64,000 nt of DNA, from positions 64,001 to 128,000 of the forward strand of contig JBNKHE010000009.1 in assembly GCA_050290185.1 (NCBI GenBank). The letters are read 5' to 3'. The stretch comes from Pontiella sp. Its GTDB lineage: Bacteria > Verrucomicrobiota > Kiritimatiellia > Kiritimatiellales > Pontiellaceae. Shown piece by piece: positions 40,619-50,082 of the stretch. Under the pieces are notes generated by a model. That model saw only the letters and a list, made by a program, of their open reading frames with translations, searched no databases and was not told where the DNA came from. The first letter of the stretch is position 1. Every line of letters begins with the position of its first letter. A program made the translations under genes and the position numbers.

Positions 40619-40642
40619 ATGGATTTGGCCAGGGGATTGGTG

Positions 40643-41812
40643 TTACAGGTTGTCGATGTATTCCGCGACTTTCTTGCCCACGTAATCCAGGACCTGGGAA
40701 GCATATTCCAATCCGTAGGCATAGCCTTCGAGTTCGTCGTGCAAAAAGCCCGTCAGGGCCTCCTCGTCCGATTGTTTCTCAACCTGCAGGGAAAAGCGGT
40801 GGGTGATGTTGGCGAGATCATGTGCACTCTTGTAAACTTCATCGCGCAACTTGCTCTGCTGGGTTCGTGAAAGGCGGTTCTTCCGTATAACCTCATTAAC
40901 CCGTTCCACCATCTTGTTGTGGACGGTGGACCAGCTGGTCAGGCTGATGTCGGGGTAGTCCTCGTGGGGTACAGGGTCAAACGGGGCATCGTACCAGCCA
41001 TCGATGATCGCGGCCACGGATTCGATCGTGTGCTGGGTGACGAGATAGGGCTTGCCGAACCTTTCATTGTACCATCGCCAGTTTACAGGAACAAACGCCA
41101 CATCGGTCAGGCGGTAGCAGAAGCGGCGGGTCTTGTTCTCAAACCGGGCCTTTTCTTTGTCATCGTCCTCCTCGCTCGGGGCTGAAAATTGCACAAAGCT
41201 GGCAATACCGATGACCTCTTTGTCCAGATTGAGCACGGGACTTCCGCTGTTGCCGGCTACAAACTCGGCCGAGACTTCGACCAGGTCGGAGCCTACGCCA
41301 TTGACCTTGCCGTAGAGCTCGGTGGCCACGCCGCCGCCTTCGCTGTTTCCGAATACCGCCAGCGGAATACCGATGGCGAGTTTTTTACTGATGACAAGCG
41401 CATCATCGCGTTCATCAATCACAATTCGTGCAATGTCGCGCTCTTTGGACAGTTCAACGCCCAGAGGTTTGATTTCCTCTCCCGTAACGGTCTTGAGATT
41501 GATTTTGTCGGCACCCAAAATTACATGCTGGTTGGTGTAGATATAGGTTTTTCCATTATCCTTGGCGATGAATCCGCTTCCGACGAAGCGTCCAATACTG
41601 GAGTCGCATTCGATGATGACCAGGTTTTGCGCCACGTCGTTAAAGGAATAGGTGAATTGTGTTTTAACGTCCTTTTCGTCGACGTGTTTGGACTCCTCTG
41701 ATTTCTTTTGGTCCTTCTCTTCAGCCTGTACCGTAAAGGCAACTCCCATACTCATCAGGATCAAGCAAAGCCAGCGGGTAGAAAATGGTTTCCAGGTGCG
41801 GCATTCAGTCAT
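40643..41812 (-). CDS. Secreted trypsin-like (S1) serine protease, paralogue 3
   Basis: Signal peptide; GSGF, TNQHV (His), RDIAR (Asp), GNSGSP (Ser). Confidence 0.85.
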   Translation of the reverse strand: MTECRTWKPFSTRWLCLILMSMGVAFTVQAEEKDQKKSEESKHVDEKDVKTQFTYSFNDVAQNLVIIECDSSIGRFVGSGFIAKDNGKTYIYTNQHVILGADKINLKTVTGEEIKPLGVELSKERDIARIVIDERDDALVISKKLAIGIPLAVFGNSEGGGVATELYGKVNGVGSDLVEVSAEFVAGNSGSPVLNLDKEVIGIASFVQFSAPSEEDDDKEKARFENKTRRFCYRLTDVAFVPVNWRWYNERFGKPYLVTQHTIESVAAIIDGWYDAPFDPVPHEDYPDISLTSWSTVHNKMVERVNEVIRKNRLSRTQQSKLRDEVYKSAHDLANITHRFSLQVEKQSDEEALTGFLHDELEGYAYGLEYASQVLDYVGKKVAEYIDNL

Positions 41813-41921
41813 TGGACTTCTCCCTTTGGCTTCGCTGTTTGATTGTGCGGCTCACGCAACCCGCATCCTGCAATATTTGCAGGCTGATAGCAAGTGGGAC
41901 CGGGCGTACATTGCCTCTGGA

Positions 41922-41943
41922 TAAAACGCCAGCATATGCTGGC
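41922..41943 (-). terminator. Probable intrinsic terminator after protease paralogue 2
   Basis: On the minus strand GCCAGC-atat-GCTGGC then GTTTTA, overlapping the TAG stop. Confidence 0.5.
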
Positions 41944-43139
41944 TACATCGCGGGGAGCTTGGTGTTGAAGTAATTGATGACTTCCGCAGCATACTCAAAT
42001 GCACCTTTATACCCTTCAAATTCGTCACGCAGGAATTCGGTAAGATCCCGTTGCTGCAGTTTCATCCCCAGATTGCGGGCATGCCGTTCGCAGTATTTGG
42101 CAAGGGCCTTTGTGCTTTTTCCAACCTCGACCCGCCGCTGGTTGCCGGAGCTGCTCACGGCGCGGTTGTGCTGGCCCGACCATCGCTCCAGTTCGGAGTC
42201 GATATAGCTTTCCGAAACCGTATTGAACGGGGCTTCAAAAAAACCGCCCACCACATCGAAGACGGAGTCAACGAGCGCAACCGTTTCCTGATAGGGCTTG
42301 CCGTACTTTTCGTTGTACTGCCGCCATCGAACCGGGGCCCATTTCTCATTGGTAAGGCGGTAGCAGAAGCGGCGGGTTTTGTTTTCGAACTTGGTGTTTT
42401 CTGTCATGCGGCTTGGCCGCGAGAAGCGCACGTAGCTGGCAATGCCAATGACTTCCTTGTTCTTGTTGATGACGGGGCTGCCGCTGTTTCCTGAAACAAA
42501 TTCGGCCGAAACCTCAACCAGATCGGCACCGACGCCGGTCACTTCACCGTAGAGCTCGGTGGCCACGCCTCCGCCTTCGCTGTTGCCGAAGACGGCCAAT
42601 GGCATATTCATGAGCACGTTTTCGCTGATGGTCAGGGCGTCGTCGCGATCGTCAATGGGCAGTCGTGCGATATCGCGTGTAAGGGCGAGTTCCACGCCTT
42701 TCGGGGCGATGTGTTCTCCGGCAACCGTGGCGAATTCGATGCGGTCGGCCCCCATGATGACGTGCTGGTTTGTGAAGATGTAGGTCTTGCCGTCCATGCG
42801 TGCAATAAAGCCGCTGCCGGCCGAGTCGCCCAATTCGGAGCTGCATTCGATGATGACCAGGTTTTGCGCAACATCATCGAACGAGAACGGGAAATCCGCT
42901 CCTTCGTCGGCCGAAGCTTCCTCATCTTTCTTTTCATCCTCCGACGGGGTCTCCTCCGCTGGTTCCTCGCTGGAGGAAAGGTCCCCGCCGTCCTGCGATT
43001 GATTGCTTTGGCCATCCTGCGGTTCTTCGGCCCGGGCCTGGATGCATAAACAACCCATGGACAGCAGAAGCATGCAGAGGAGGTATCTGAGCAAAGCCGG
43101 CGGTTGGAGCTTGGTTTTCATAGGCGGTCTCTTTTGCAT
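41943..43139 (-). CDS. Secreted trypsin-like (S1) serine protease, paralogue 2
   Basis: Signal peptide, acidic linker, TNQHV/RDIAR/GNSGSP triad; start may be 43121. Confidence 0.85.
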   Translation of the reverse strand: MQKRPPMKTKLQPPALLRYLLCMLLLSMGCLCIQARAEEPQDGQSNQSQDGGDLSSSEEPAEETPSEDEKKDEEASADEGADFPFSFDDVAQNLVIIECSSELGDSAGSGFIARMDGKTYIFTNQHVIMGADRIEFATVAGEHIAPKGVELALTRDIARLPIDDRDDALTISENVLMNMPLAVFGNSEGGGVATELYGEVTGVGADLVEVSAEFVSGNSGSPVINKNKEVIGIASYVRFSRPSRMTENTKFENKTRRFCYRLTNEKWAPVRWRQYNEKYGKPYQETVALVDSVFDVVGGFFEAPFNTVSESYIDSELERWSGQHNRAVSSSGNQRRVEVGKSTKALAKYCERHARNLGMKLQQRDLTEFLRDEFEGYKGAFEYAAEVINYFNTKLPAM

Positions 43140-43154
43140 GGTGGAGTCAACCGA

Positions 43155-44375
43155 TCATTTGAAGTGAAAATACTGGATGTCGGATAGTTTGTTGCCGAAA
43201 TGGTCGATGAATTCCGCGGCATACTCCAGGGAATAAACCTGGTCTTCAAACCGCCCCCTCAGGTATCCTGTCATATCCCGCTTGGACAATTTCATTTCAA
43301 CGTGCCGCGATTTCCGCTCGCAAAATTCCGAGAGGGCTTCGGCACTATCGCCAATATCGTTGCTGATCTGCTTGTTGATGTTGTCCAGTTCGTGCCGGGT
43401 GGCGCGGCCTTTGTCGCTGAGTCGCACGATCTTGCCGACCATGTCGTTATGCGCCTTGGCCCATTTTTTCAGATCGTAGTCCCTGTGCTCGTTGGATACG
43501 GGGCCGAAGGGATCCACGACCCAGCCGTAGACGATATCCAGGATCGAGTCCACCAATTCTTCGGTTTCCATAAAAGGTTTTCCGTAGTTTTCGGTGTACC
43601 TTTTCCAGTTAACCGGCATCCACTTGACATCGGTAAGGCGGTAGCAGAAGCGGCGGGCTTTCTTTTCCGGCTTTGTGTCGTCGTCGGCATCATCGTCTTT
43701 CAGGTTGTAGAAGCGCACGTAGCTGACAATGCCGATGACTTCGCGATCCTGGTTGAGCGTGGGGCTACCACTGTTGCCGGAAACAAATTCGGCCGAGACT
43801 TCCACGAGATCCGCCCCGACACCGGTGACTTTCCCGTAGAGCTCGGTGGCCACGCCGCCCCCTTCACTGTTGCCGAATACGGCAACCAGCATATCCATCG
43901 CCGGTTTGTCGCTGATGGTAAACCCTTCGTGCGGGTCGTTGGCTGCCAGCGGCAGCCGGGCGATGTCGCGCGTGAGCGAAAGTTCCACTCCGCGCGGAAT
44001 GACCCGGTCACCCGTCGTGGTTTTTATATCGATCTGCGCGGCACCCATAATGACATGTTGGTTCGTAAAAACATAGGTCTTGCCATTCATCTTGGCTATG
44101 AACCCGCTGCCGACATACCGGTCGCCCGCATCGTTTTCGCACTCAACGGTTACGAGGTTGTCGGCCACGTCGTTGAACGAGTAGGGGAACTGGGCTTTGA
44201 TCTCCTCCTGTTGCTTCTTCTTCTTGGCCTCGAGTTCAGCTTGCTCGGCTTTTTCCTCTTCCGTCAGCTCCTCTCCGTCGTCGGCCCAGGCATTACGGGA
44301 TCCGATAGCGAAAGCCAGAAACGCCAGGCAAAGGAAAAGTTTAAAAATGGTTGGGTAATGGGATCGGTTAGTCAT
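43155..44375 (-). CDS. Secreted trypsin-like (S1) serine protease, paralogue 1
   Basis: Signal peptide ending AWA, TNQHV/RDIAR/GNSGSP triad; start overlaps the stop of the upstream gene. Confidence 0.85.
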   Translation of the reverse strand: MTNRSHYPTIFKLFLCLAFLAFAIGSRNAWADDGEELTEEEKAEQAELEAKKKKQQEEIKAQFPYSFNDVADNLVTVECENDAGDRYVGSGFIAKMNGKTYVFTNQHVIMGAAQIDIKTTTGDRVIPRGVELSLTRDIARLPLAANDPHEGFTISDKPAMDMLVAVFGNSEGGGVATELYGKVTGVGADLVEVSAEFVSGNSGSPTLNQDREVIGIVSYVRFYNLKDDDADDDTKPEKKARRFCYRLTDVKWMPVNWKRYTENYGKPFMETEELVDSILDIVYGWVVDPFGPVSNEHRDYDLKKWAKAHNDMVGKIVRLSDKGRATRHELDNINKQISNDIGDSAEALSEFCERKSRHVEMKLSKRDMTGYLRGRFEDQVYSLEYAAEFIDHFGNKLSDIQYFHFK

Positions 44376-45255
44376 CGTCTTTTCCTTCCTCGCTGTCTTC
44401 GGCATTCGCATCTGCCGCTTCAGTATCCGTGGCGGCATCTTCTTCCACCTTGGTGTCGCCGCCCGCCTGTTCCTCGCCTGCGCCGGCAGCATCTTCGAAG
44501 TACTCGATCTTGCGCTGAACTGTGCGTTCGTAGACCTTTTCTTTTTTCCCTCCGCCAATGTCGTAGCGTACCATGATCCGCTGGGTCCAGTTGCAATGAT
44601 CATCGGTGACGAGATATTCGTAGGAGTGCAGGCGCTCTGCTTTCTCCTGGTGGTAGTGCTGGCGTTCCATATCAATGAAGCCGTTGTCCGCCCATTTGTA
44701 GTAATAGGTGTAGGCTGGCTTCCGGCCTTCGATACGCGTAAACTTGGTTTTGCGGTTGTTTTCGTCACGCTTGTATTTATAGGTGAGAATCGGCTTGTGA
44801 TCCTTGTCTACCAGCTTATAGGACACGATGTATCCTTCCGGAGAGTAGGTCTCAAGGCCGATCCGTCCGGTCTTGATTTCCTGTAGTGCAATCTGGCGGG
44901 TTTCGGGGTTGAGGACAACCTTCCATTCGTAAGCCTTGTCCTCTTCCTTGTTGTGGTAGGACATACGGTCGTAGCAACCGTTTTCGTCATATTTGAAGGA
45001 TCTGGTTTCGACCAGTGTTCCTTCTTCGTCGTTTTCTGTAATTTTGAGCAGGTTGCCCGTTTCGTCGTACTCCCGCTTTTCGGTCGTATACTCGCCCGAT
45101 ACATTCTGCCAGACCTTGAGCTCAACGCTTTTGACCGGTCCGTGCAGGTCGGTATCCTTGATGTCCGGCACCATGATGTCGAGATGTGTGGGGCTGGCCA
45201 TCAGGGAGGAAAGAATCCCAGTAGCCAATACCGCCGTAGTAAATAGTCTTTTCAT
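44368..45255 (-). CDS. Secreted YD/RHS-repeat-like beta-hairpin protein
   Basis: Signal peptide, LHGPVKSV start, EYDETGNLL, KYDENG, YEY...D..NWTQR, RKIEYF, acidic tail. Confidence 0.65.
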   Translation of the reverse strand: MKRLFTTAVLATGILSSLMASPTHLDIMVPDIKDTDLHGPVKSVELKVWQNVSGEYTTEKREYDETGNLLKITENDEEGTLVETRSFKYDENGCYDRMSYHNKEEDKAYEWKVVLNPETRQIALQEIKTGRIGLETYSPEGYIVSYKLVDKDHKPILTYKYKRDENNRKTKFTRIEGRKPAYTYYYKWADNGFIDMERQHYHQEKAERLHSYEYLVTDDHCNWTQRIMVRYDIGGGKKEKVYERTVQRKIEYFEDAAGAGEEQAGGDTKVEEDAATDTEAADANAEDSEEGKDDD

Positions 45256-45396
45256 GGTAATCACCCCAAATTTATAGGCTATTTGTACGGATTATTCCGT
45301 GCAACTCAAAGTAATTATCTTGGTTTATCTTGTGCGTAGTGACGAATTACCTCGATCCATCTAAAATTGTGCGTTAGCAATTAAGTGGTTCTATCT

Positions 45397-46209
45397 ATGG
45401 TTTATGATTTAGTTATACTCGTACTCAGCGCCGCAACCATTGTTGCATCGGTTCGCTATCTGCTCGTTCCCGGCATTGGACGGGTTGGAGCCGTACTTAA
45501 GTTTTCAGCAAAGCTCCGGGGTCAGATCATTGGTTATGCCACCAGTGTTCCGGAGTTTACCGTCTTGATGGCGGGTGCGTTTAACGGCGTTTTCAATGCC
45601 GGCATGTGGAACATCGCTTCTTCGAACATAATCAATCTTGTATTGTTTCTCGTTACCGTGGTGGCATTCCGTCAGCAACTGGATTTGCGCAATAAAAGCT
45701 TTTCCGATGAAATCACCTTTGGAATTTTGTCGATTATTATCCCGTTGGGTATGTTTGTGCTGCATATCGGAACGGGATACGGAACAGCTCTCGGCCTGGT
45801 TATTTTCTTCGTGCTCTACAAGGTGCTCGACAAGCGCTTAAACAAAGCCGGAAAGCCAGCCATCGTGCCGCCGGGGTCGGAGAGCAGCACATGGTGGGGA
45901 GGGAGCATCATGTTGGTGGCAGGGGTTGCGGTAATTCTTTTAGCGGGCCGTTTCCTGGGAGCCAGTGCCGGTGCTTTGGTTAAGCAACTCCATGTTCCGG
46001 CCTGGGCCGTAGGCTGGATTCTCGGACTGGTAACCTCGGTCTGTGAGCTGGCCTCGTTTATCGAGATCTACCGCATCCACCGCCCGAAGGATTCTCCCAC
46101 ACATATCAAAGACACGCAGGAAGCACTCGATGCGTTGGTCGCGTCGAATATTTCCAATCTGGGGCTGATTCTGCCTTTGGGTATGGTAGTCTATCTCATG
46201 GTCGCCTGA
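45397..46209 (+). CDS. Divergent Ca2+/cation antiporter (CaCA)-like membrane protein
   Basis: Alpha-repeats GYATSVPE...SSNIIN and GLVTSVCE...SNISN. Confidence 0.7.
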   Translation: MVYDLVILVLSAATIVASVRYLLVPGIGRVGAVLKFSAKLRGQIIGYATSVPEFTVLMAGAFNGVFNAGMWNIASSNIINLVLFLVTVVAFRQQLDLRNKSFSDEITFGILSIIIPLGMFVLHIGTGYGTALGLVIFFVLYKVLDKRLNKAGKPAIVPPGSESSTWWGGSIMLVAGVAVILLAGRFLGASAGALVKQLHVPAWAVGWILGLVTSVCELASFIEIYRIHRPKDSPTHIKDTQEALDALVASNISNLGLILPLGMVVYLMVA

Positions 46210-46218
46210 GAGAGGCGG

Positions 46219-47100
46219 TTACACGACCTGATCTGCGGGCTCTTTACCGCCTGATCGAAACAGTCTCATCCGCCAGGCGATGATGCCGGCTCCGATAATC
46301 ATGAGCAGGGAATAAAACTGCCCTTTGCTGATCCATCCGATGAAGAATTCGCCGTTGTCGGGTTCGCGAAAAAACTCCATCGCAATACGAGCCGTGGCGT
46401 AGAGTACCAGATAGCAGGCACTAAGTGCGCCGGGCCGTTTGGGCAGGGATGTCCTGCGTAGTAGAAGCATGATGGAAAAAACGAGAAAACCCTCGCAAAA
46501 AGCCTGGTAGAGCTGCGAAGGATGGCGTGGTTGAAGGGCGCCGCTGGCAATAGCCGCCTGAATTTCGGGCATGTTGTAGTTCCCGTAACTGTACCCCAGT
46601 TCCTGCGGAAATATCATGGCCCACTTGACGTGGCTCACACGTCCCCACAGTTCCCCGTTGATAAAATTAGCCAGTCGGCCAAAAGCGAATCCAAGTGAGG
46701 AAATACAAGCCATATGGTCGGTCAGGTTCCAGAACGATTGGCCGTTTTTCCGCGCATACCAGGCGATAAATACAATGACCCCGATAAATCCGCCGTGGCT
46801 CGACATACCGCCTTCCCAGACGCGGAACAGGGAAAGAGGGTCCTCCAGCAGGGAATCGAATCCATAGAACAACTCATAGCCAATACGCCCGCCGAGAAAT
46901 ACGCCGAAAAAAGCCAGTGTCACCATGAAATTGCTGACTTCCGCGGGGGCGACTTCAAATTCTCCCCGTTTAGACCAGCGGCGCAGAAATAGAATAGCGA
47001 CCATGAAACTCGCCAGATAGGATAGCCCGTACCAGCGGATGGCTACCGGTCCGCCCAGCTTCAGAACGATCGGGTTGATATGGTGAATGTAATGCGTCAT
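46219..47100 (-). CDS. lgt: Prolipoprotein diacylglyceryl transferase
   Basis: IRWYGL, GGRIGY, WEGGMSSHGG, GRLANFINGELWGR, RHPSQLY, EFFREPD. Confidence 0.97.
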   Translation of the reverse strand: MTHYIHHINPIVLKLGGPVAIRWYGLSYLASFMVAILFLRRWSKRGEFEVAPAEVSNFMVTLAFFGVFLGGRIGYELFYGFDSLLEDPLSLFRVWEGGMSSHGGFIGVIVFIAWYARKNGQSFWNLTDHMACISSLGFAFGRLANFINGELWGRVSHVKWAMIFPQELGYSYGNYNMPEIQAAIASGALQPRHPSQLYQAFCEGFLVFSIMLLLRRTSLPKRPGALSACYLVLYATARIAMEFFREPDNGEFFIGWISKGQFYSLLMIIGAGIIAWRMRLFRSGGKEPADQVV

Positions 47101-47498
47101 GACGGCTCACTATATGGATGCTATCGGTGTAATCAAAACCAATCGTCCGCTTTTCTTATTCAGCGCGGAGTCTGCGGGTCCACAACTGATTTTCTGTTGG
47201 ATCCCGGGGAAATTCAGCAGCCATCGACTCTCCAACCCTAAAAGGAGAACCTCAAATGGATGGTAGGGGAAACCTGCCGGTGAGCAGGCAAACGGGGGTC
47301 CGTTGCCATCCGGCATTCACCCCGGATCGCGCCGGCCTCGGCATGATCCATATCCCACATAGTTTCGTGCACATCGTGGAGGGGCGGTGGACGCACCCGA
47401 CTGCGGGCAACGAGGCTGTTTTTCCTCCCGGCAACGGCATGCCAATTAGCATGCGTTATCGGTTCAGGCTCTCCGGTAGATAGGCTATACATTGCGTC

Positions 47499-47963
47499 AT
47501 GAAACGAACCATCATAGATGCTGTAATCAAAAAAATGGAAATTGAACTGACGCGTCAGGCGCAAGCCAACGCGCAGTCAAACGCGGCGACAGCATTCAGT
47601 GCCGCGAACGCCGACAAGCAGCGCGATACCACGGGTGTCGAAGCGGCATTTCTGGCGCAGGGCTACGCAAAGCATTGCATGGACCTCGCGCATCAGCTTG
47701 AACAAGTGAAGTCGATGGACGTGGAGGATTTTTCGGGGCAGGAGATCGATGTCGGCGCGCTGGTTGAAGTCGATATGGATGGCGAAACCGATTGCTACTT
47801 GCTGCTCAGCTGCGGAGGAGGAATCGAAGTGGAAGTCGAGGACCGGAAGATAACCGTCATCACCCCCGATGCTCCGCTGGGAAAGGCCCTCATGGGAAAC
47901 ATCGAAGCCGGTTTTATCGAACTTCCCTCCGGCCTCGAAGGCATTATCCTGAACGTGCTTTAA
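47499..47963 (+). CDS. GreA/GreB-family protein (atypical)
   Basis: N-terminal coiled coil with DTTGVEAAFLA; C-terminal IDVGALV...VITPDAPLGKALMG. Confidence 0.75.
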   Translation: MKRTIIDAVIKKMEIELTRQAQANAQSNAATAFSAANADKQRDTTGVEAAFLAQGYAKHCMDLAHQLEQVKSMDVEDFSGQEIDVGALVEVDMDGETDCYLLLSCGGGIEVEVEDRKITVITPDAPLGKALMGNIEAGFIELPSGLEGIILNVL

Positions 47964-48015
47964 ACTACGAAATACGCCAAAGACGCGAAGCTTGAACGAC
48001 GACGCTTTTTCATCG

Positions 48016-48843
48016 TTAGCCGTCCTTGCATATGGCGTTGTGCGGTGCGGTGAGGTCATTGATGATACGGGCGGCCATGGCGAAACCGAAGCTTCCGGTG
48101 ACGAACGTGGCCGAGCCGAAGCCAAACTGGCAGTCGAGTTGTTTGGGGCCGTCGCCTGCATTGGGTTTTTCATAGCAAACTCCGCCTTCGGGGTGGGGAT
48201 AGCGGATCGGCTCGGCGGAGAAGACGCAGGGGATTTGGAATTTTTTCTTATGCTGACCGCGCATGTCGAGGTTGCGGCGCAGTTGCTTTCGGATCGAGGC
48301 GAGCAGGGGGTCGTTATAGGAGTCGCGCAGGTCGGTGGTGCGGATTTGCGTGGGGTCAACCCGGCCGCCGGCGCCGCCGGAAACGATCACGGGAATCCCC
48401 ATTTTCCGGCATTGGGTAATCAGATGGATTTTGGCGTTTTTACGGTCGATGGCATCGACCACGTAGGAAAGGTTCGCGGTGATCAGCTCGTCGGCGTTTT
48501 TGTCGGTGTAGAATTCGCGGATGGCATTGACGGTGCACTCGGGATTGATCAGGTGAATGCGCTCGGCGAGGATATCGACTTTGGCGCGGCCGGCAGTGCC
48601 GGTCATGGCGTGGATCTGGCGGTTGGTGTTGGAAAAGCAGATATCGTCCCAGTCGACCAGCGTAAGATGGCCGATTCCGCTGCGGGCCAGCGCCTCGCCG
48701 ACCCACGAGCCGACACCGCCGACACCCACGATCAGGACATGCGCCTCACGCAGGGCATTCACCGCCGGTTTTCCGTACAGCCGGAACAGGCCGCCGAAGC
48801 GATGCTCGTATCCGCCGGTTTCTATGGGTTGCTGGTCATTCAT
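48016..48843 (-). CDS. tcdA: tRNA threonylcarbamoyladenosine dehydratase (ThiF family)
   Basis: RFGG..RLYG, GVGGVGSW..EALARSG, NTNRQIHA, DPL...R..LR, CVFS.E, GFGSATFVTGSFG. Confidence 0.92.
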   Translation of the reverse strand: MNDQQPIETGGYEHRFGGLFRLYGKPAVNALREAHVLIVGVGGVGSWVGEALARSGIGHLTLVDWDDICFSNTNRQIHAMTGTAGRAKVDILAERIHLINPECTVNAIREFYTDKNADELITANLSYVVDAIDRKNAKIHLITQCRKMGIPVIVSGGAGGRVDPTQIRTTDLRDSYNDPLLASIRKQLRRNLDMRGQHKKKFQIPCVFSAEPIRYPHPEGGVCYEKPNAGDGPKQLDCQFGFGSATFVTGSFGFAMAARIINDLTAPHNAICKDG

Positions 48844-48854
48844 GGGATAAGGTA

Positions 48855-48943
48855 TATAGTTCCGCCTTCAGGCGGCTTCACTTTCTTAATACGACAGACC
48901 GGCCAAAGCCGGAACTGCGGACATTCCAAAGGCGGGAACTATA
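48855..48943. repeat. Cluster of REP-like elements (family 1)
   Basis: TATAGTTCCGCCTTCAGGCGG, then inverted variants CCGGCCAAAGCCGGAACT and AAAGGCGGGAACTATA. Confidence 0.65.
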
Positions 48944-49053
48944 TTCGGGGATCGTCTTAATTCAAGGGCTAAAACCGGCCTTCCAGTCGGGGTTTATCGC
49001 TCGGATTTTAGGGTTTTCATAGGTTGGATGAACCCTGTAGGATGCGCGCCATT

Positions 49054-50082
49054 ATGGAACCTATCAATCAGCGTAAACTGGATCATATCAATATCGTGTC
49101 CGAGGATCGTGCCATCGATCGGCGGCAATATTATTTTGATCGTGTTCGGCTGACCCATCGCGCATTACCGGAACTGAACCTGGCCGAGATCGATCCCTCC
49201 ACCAGGTTTCTCGGGAAGGACCTCTCGTTTCCGCTGCTGATTTCATCCATGACGGGTGGGGCGGATGAGGAACTGGTGAAGATCAATCGCAACCTTGCCC
49301 GTGCGGCGGAAGCGGAAGGCGTGGCACTGGCGGTTGGCTCCCAGCGCGTGTTCCTTTCCGACACTGCTGCGCGTGAAAGCTTTGAGCTGCGGGAGACGGC
49401 GCCTTCGACGGTTCTGATCGGGAATCTCGGCGCGGTGCAGTTGAACTACGAAATGGGTTTTGCCGATTGCGAAGCCGCCGTAAAAATTCTGGATGCGGAC
49501 GGCCTTTATCTGCATCTCAATCCCTTGCAGGAAGCGGTGCAACCAGAGGGAGATACCGATTTTTCCAGTCTGCAAAACAAGATCGCCGTAATTGTGAAGA
49601 CGCTCAGGCAGCCTTTGATCGTCAAGGAGGTGGGCGCAGGAATTTCAGCGGTTGATGTTGAACGCCTTCTGGCGGCAGGCGTCAAGTATATCGATGTGGC
49701 CGGGAGCGGGGGAACCTCCTGGAGTATGGTCGAAAGCCGTCGAAGCGATCAGCCGGAGCTTGGAGAACTGTTCAGTGACTGGGGGATCCCGACTCCGGTT
49801 GCCCTGATGCAGATGAAACCCTACCGGCAGGAAATGACCTTGATTGCCTCCGGGGGAATTCGCAACGGCATCGACATGGCGAAGAGCATGGTTCTAGGCG
49901 CATCCCTGTGCGGTATGGCAAGGCCGTTCCTGAACCCGGCGCGCGAGTCGGCGGATGCTGTACGTGAAGTAATCCGGCGAATCAAGCGGGAGTTTGTTAC
50001 GGCCATGTTCCTGTTGGGTATGGAAAAGACCGAAAATCTAATTGGCAACGAGGAGCTTGTTCTTGATGAAGATTGGAATTGA
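49054..50082 (+). CDS. fni: Type 2 isopentenyl-diphosphate isomerase
   Basis: RKLDHI, HRALPE, ISSMTGG, VGSQR, HLNPLQE.VQPEGD, VKEVG.G, GGTSW, SGGIR. Confidence 0.95.
   Translation: MEPINQRKLDHINIVSEDRAIDRRQYYFDRVRLTHRALPELNLAEIDPSTRFLGKDLSFPLLISSMTGGADEELVKINRNLARAAEAEGVALAVGSQRVFLSDTAARESFELRETAPSTVLIGNLGAVQLNYEMGFADCEAAVKILDADGLYLHLNPLQEAVQPEGDTDFSSLQNKIAVIVKTLRQPLIVKEVGAGISAVDVERLLAAGVKYIDVAGSGGTSWSMVESRRSDQPELGELFSDWGIPTPVALMQMKPYRQEMTLIASGGIRNGIDMAKSMVLGASLCGMARPFLNPARESADAVREVIRRIKREFVTAMFLLGMEKTENLIGNEELVLDEDWN

Noticed and set aside
44376..44768. N-terminal extension of the 537-aa ORF 43155-44768
   Set aside because: It overlaps the upstream YD-like gene; the signal peptide begins at ATG 44375
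47257..47310. c-di-GMP-I riboswitch-like GGAAAC/GCAAAC pattern
   Set aside because: It lacks the GNRA/receptor second hairpin and the GACGCAAAG junction, so the match is too partial
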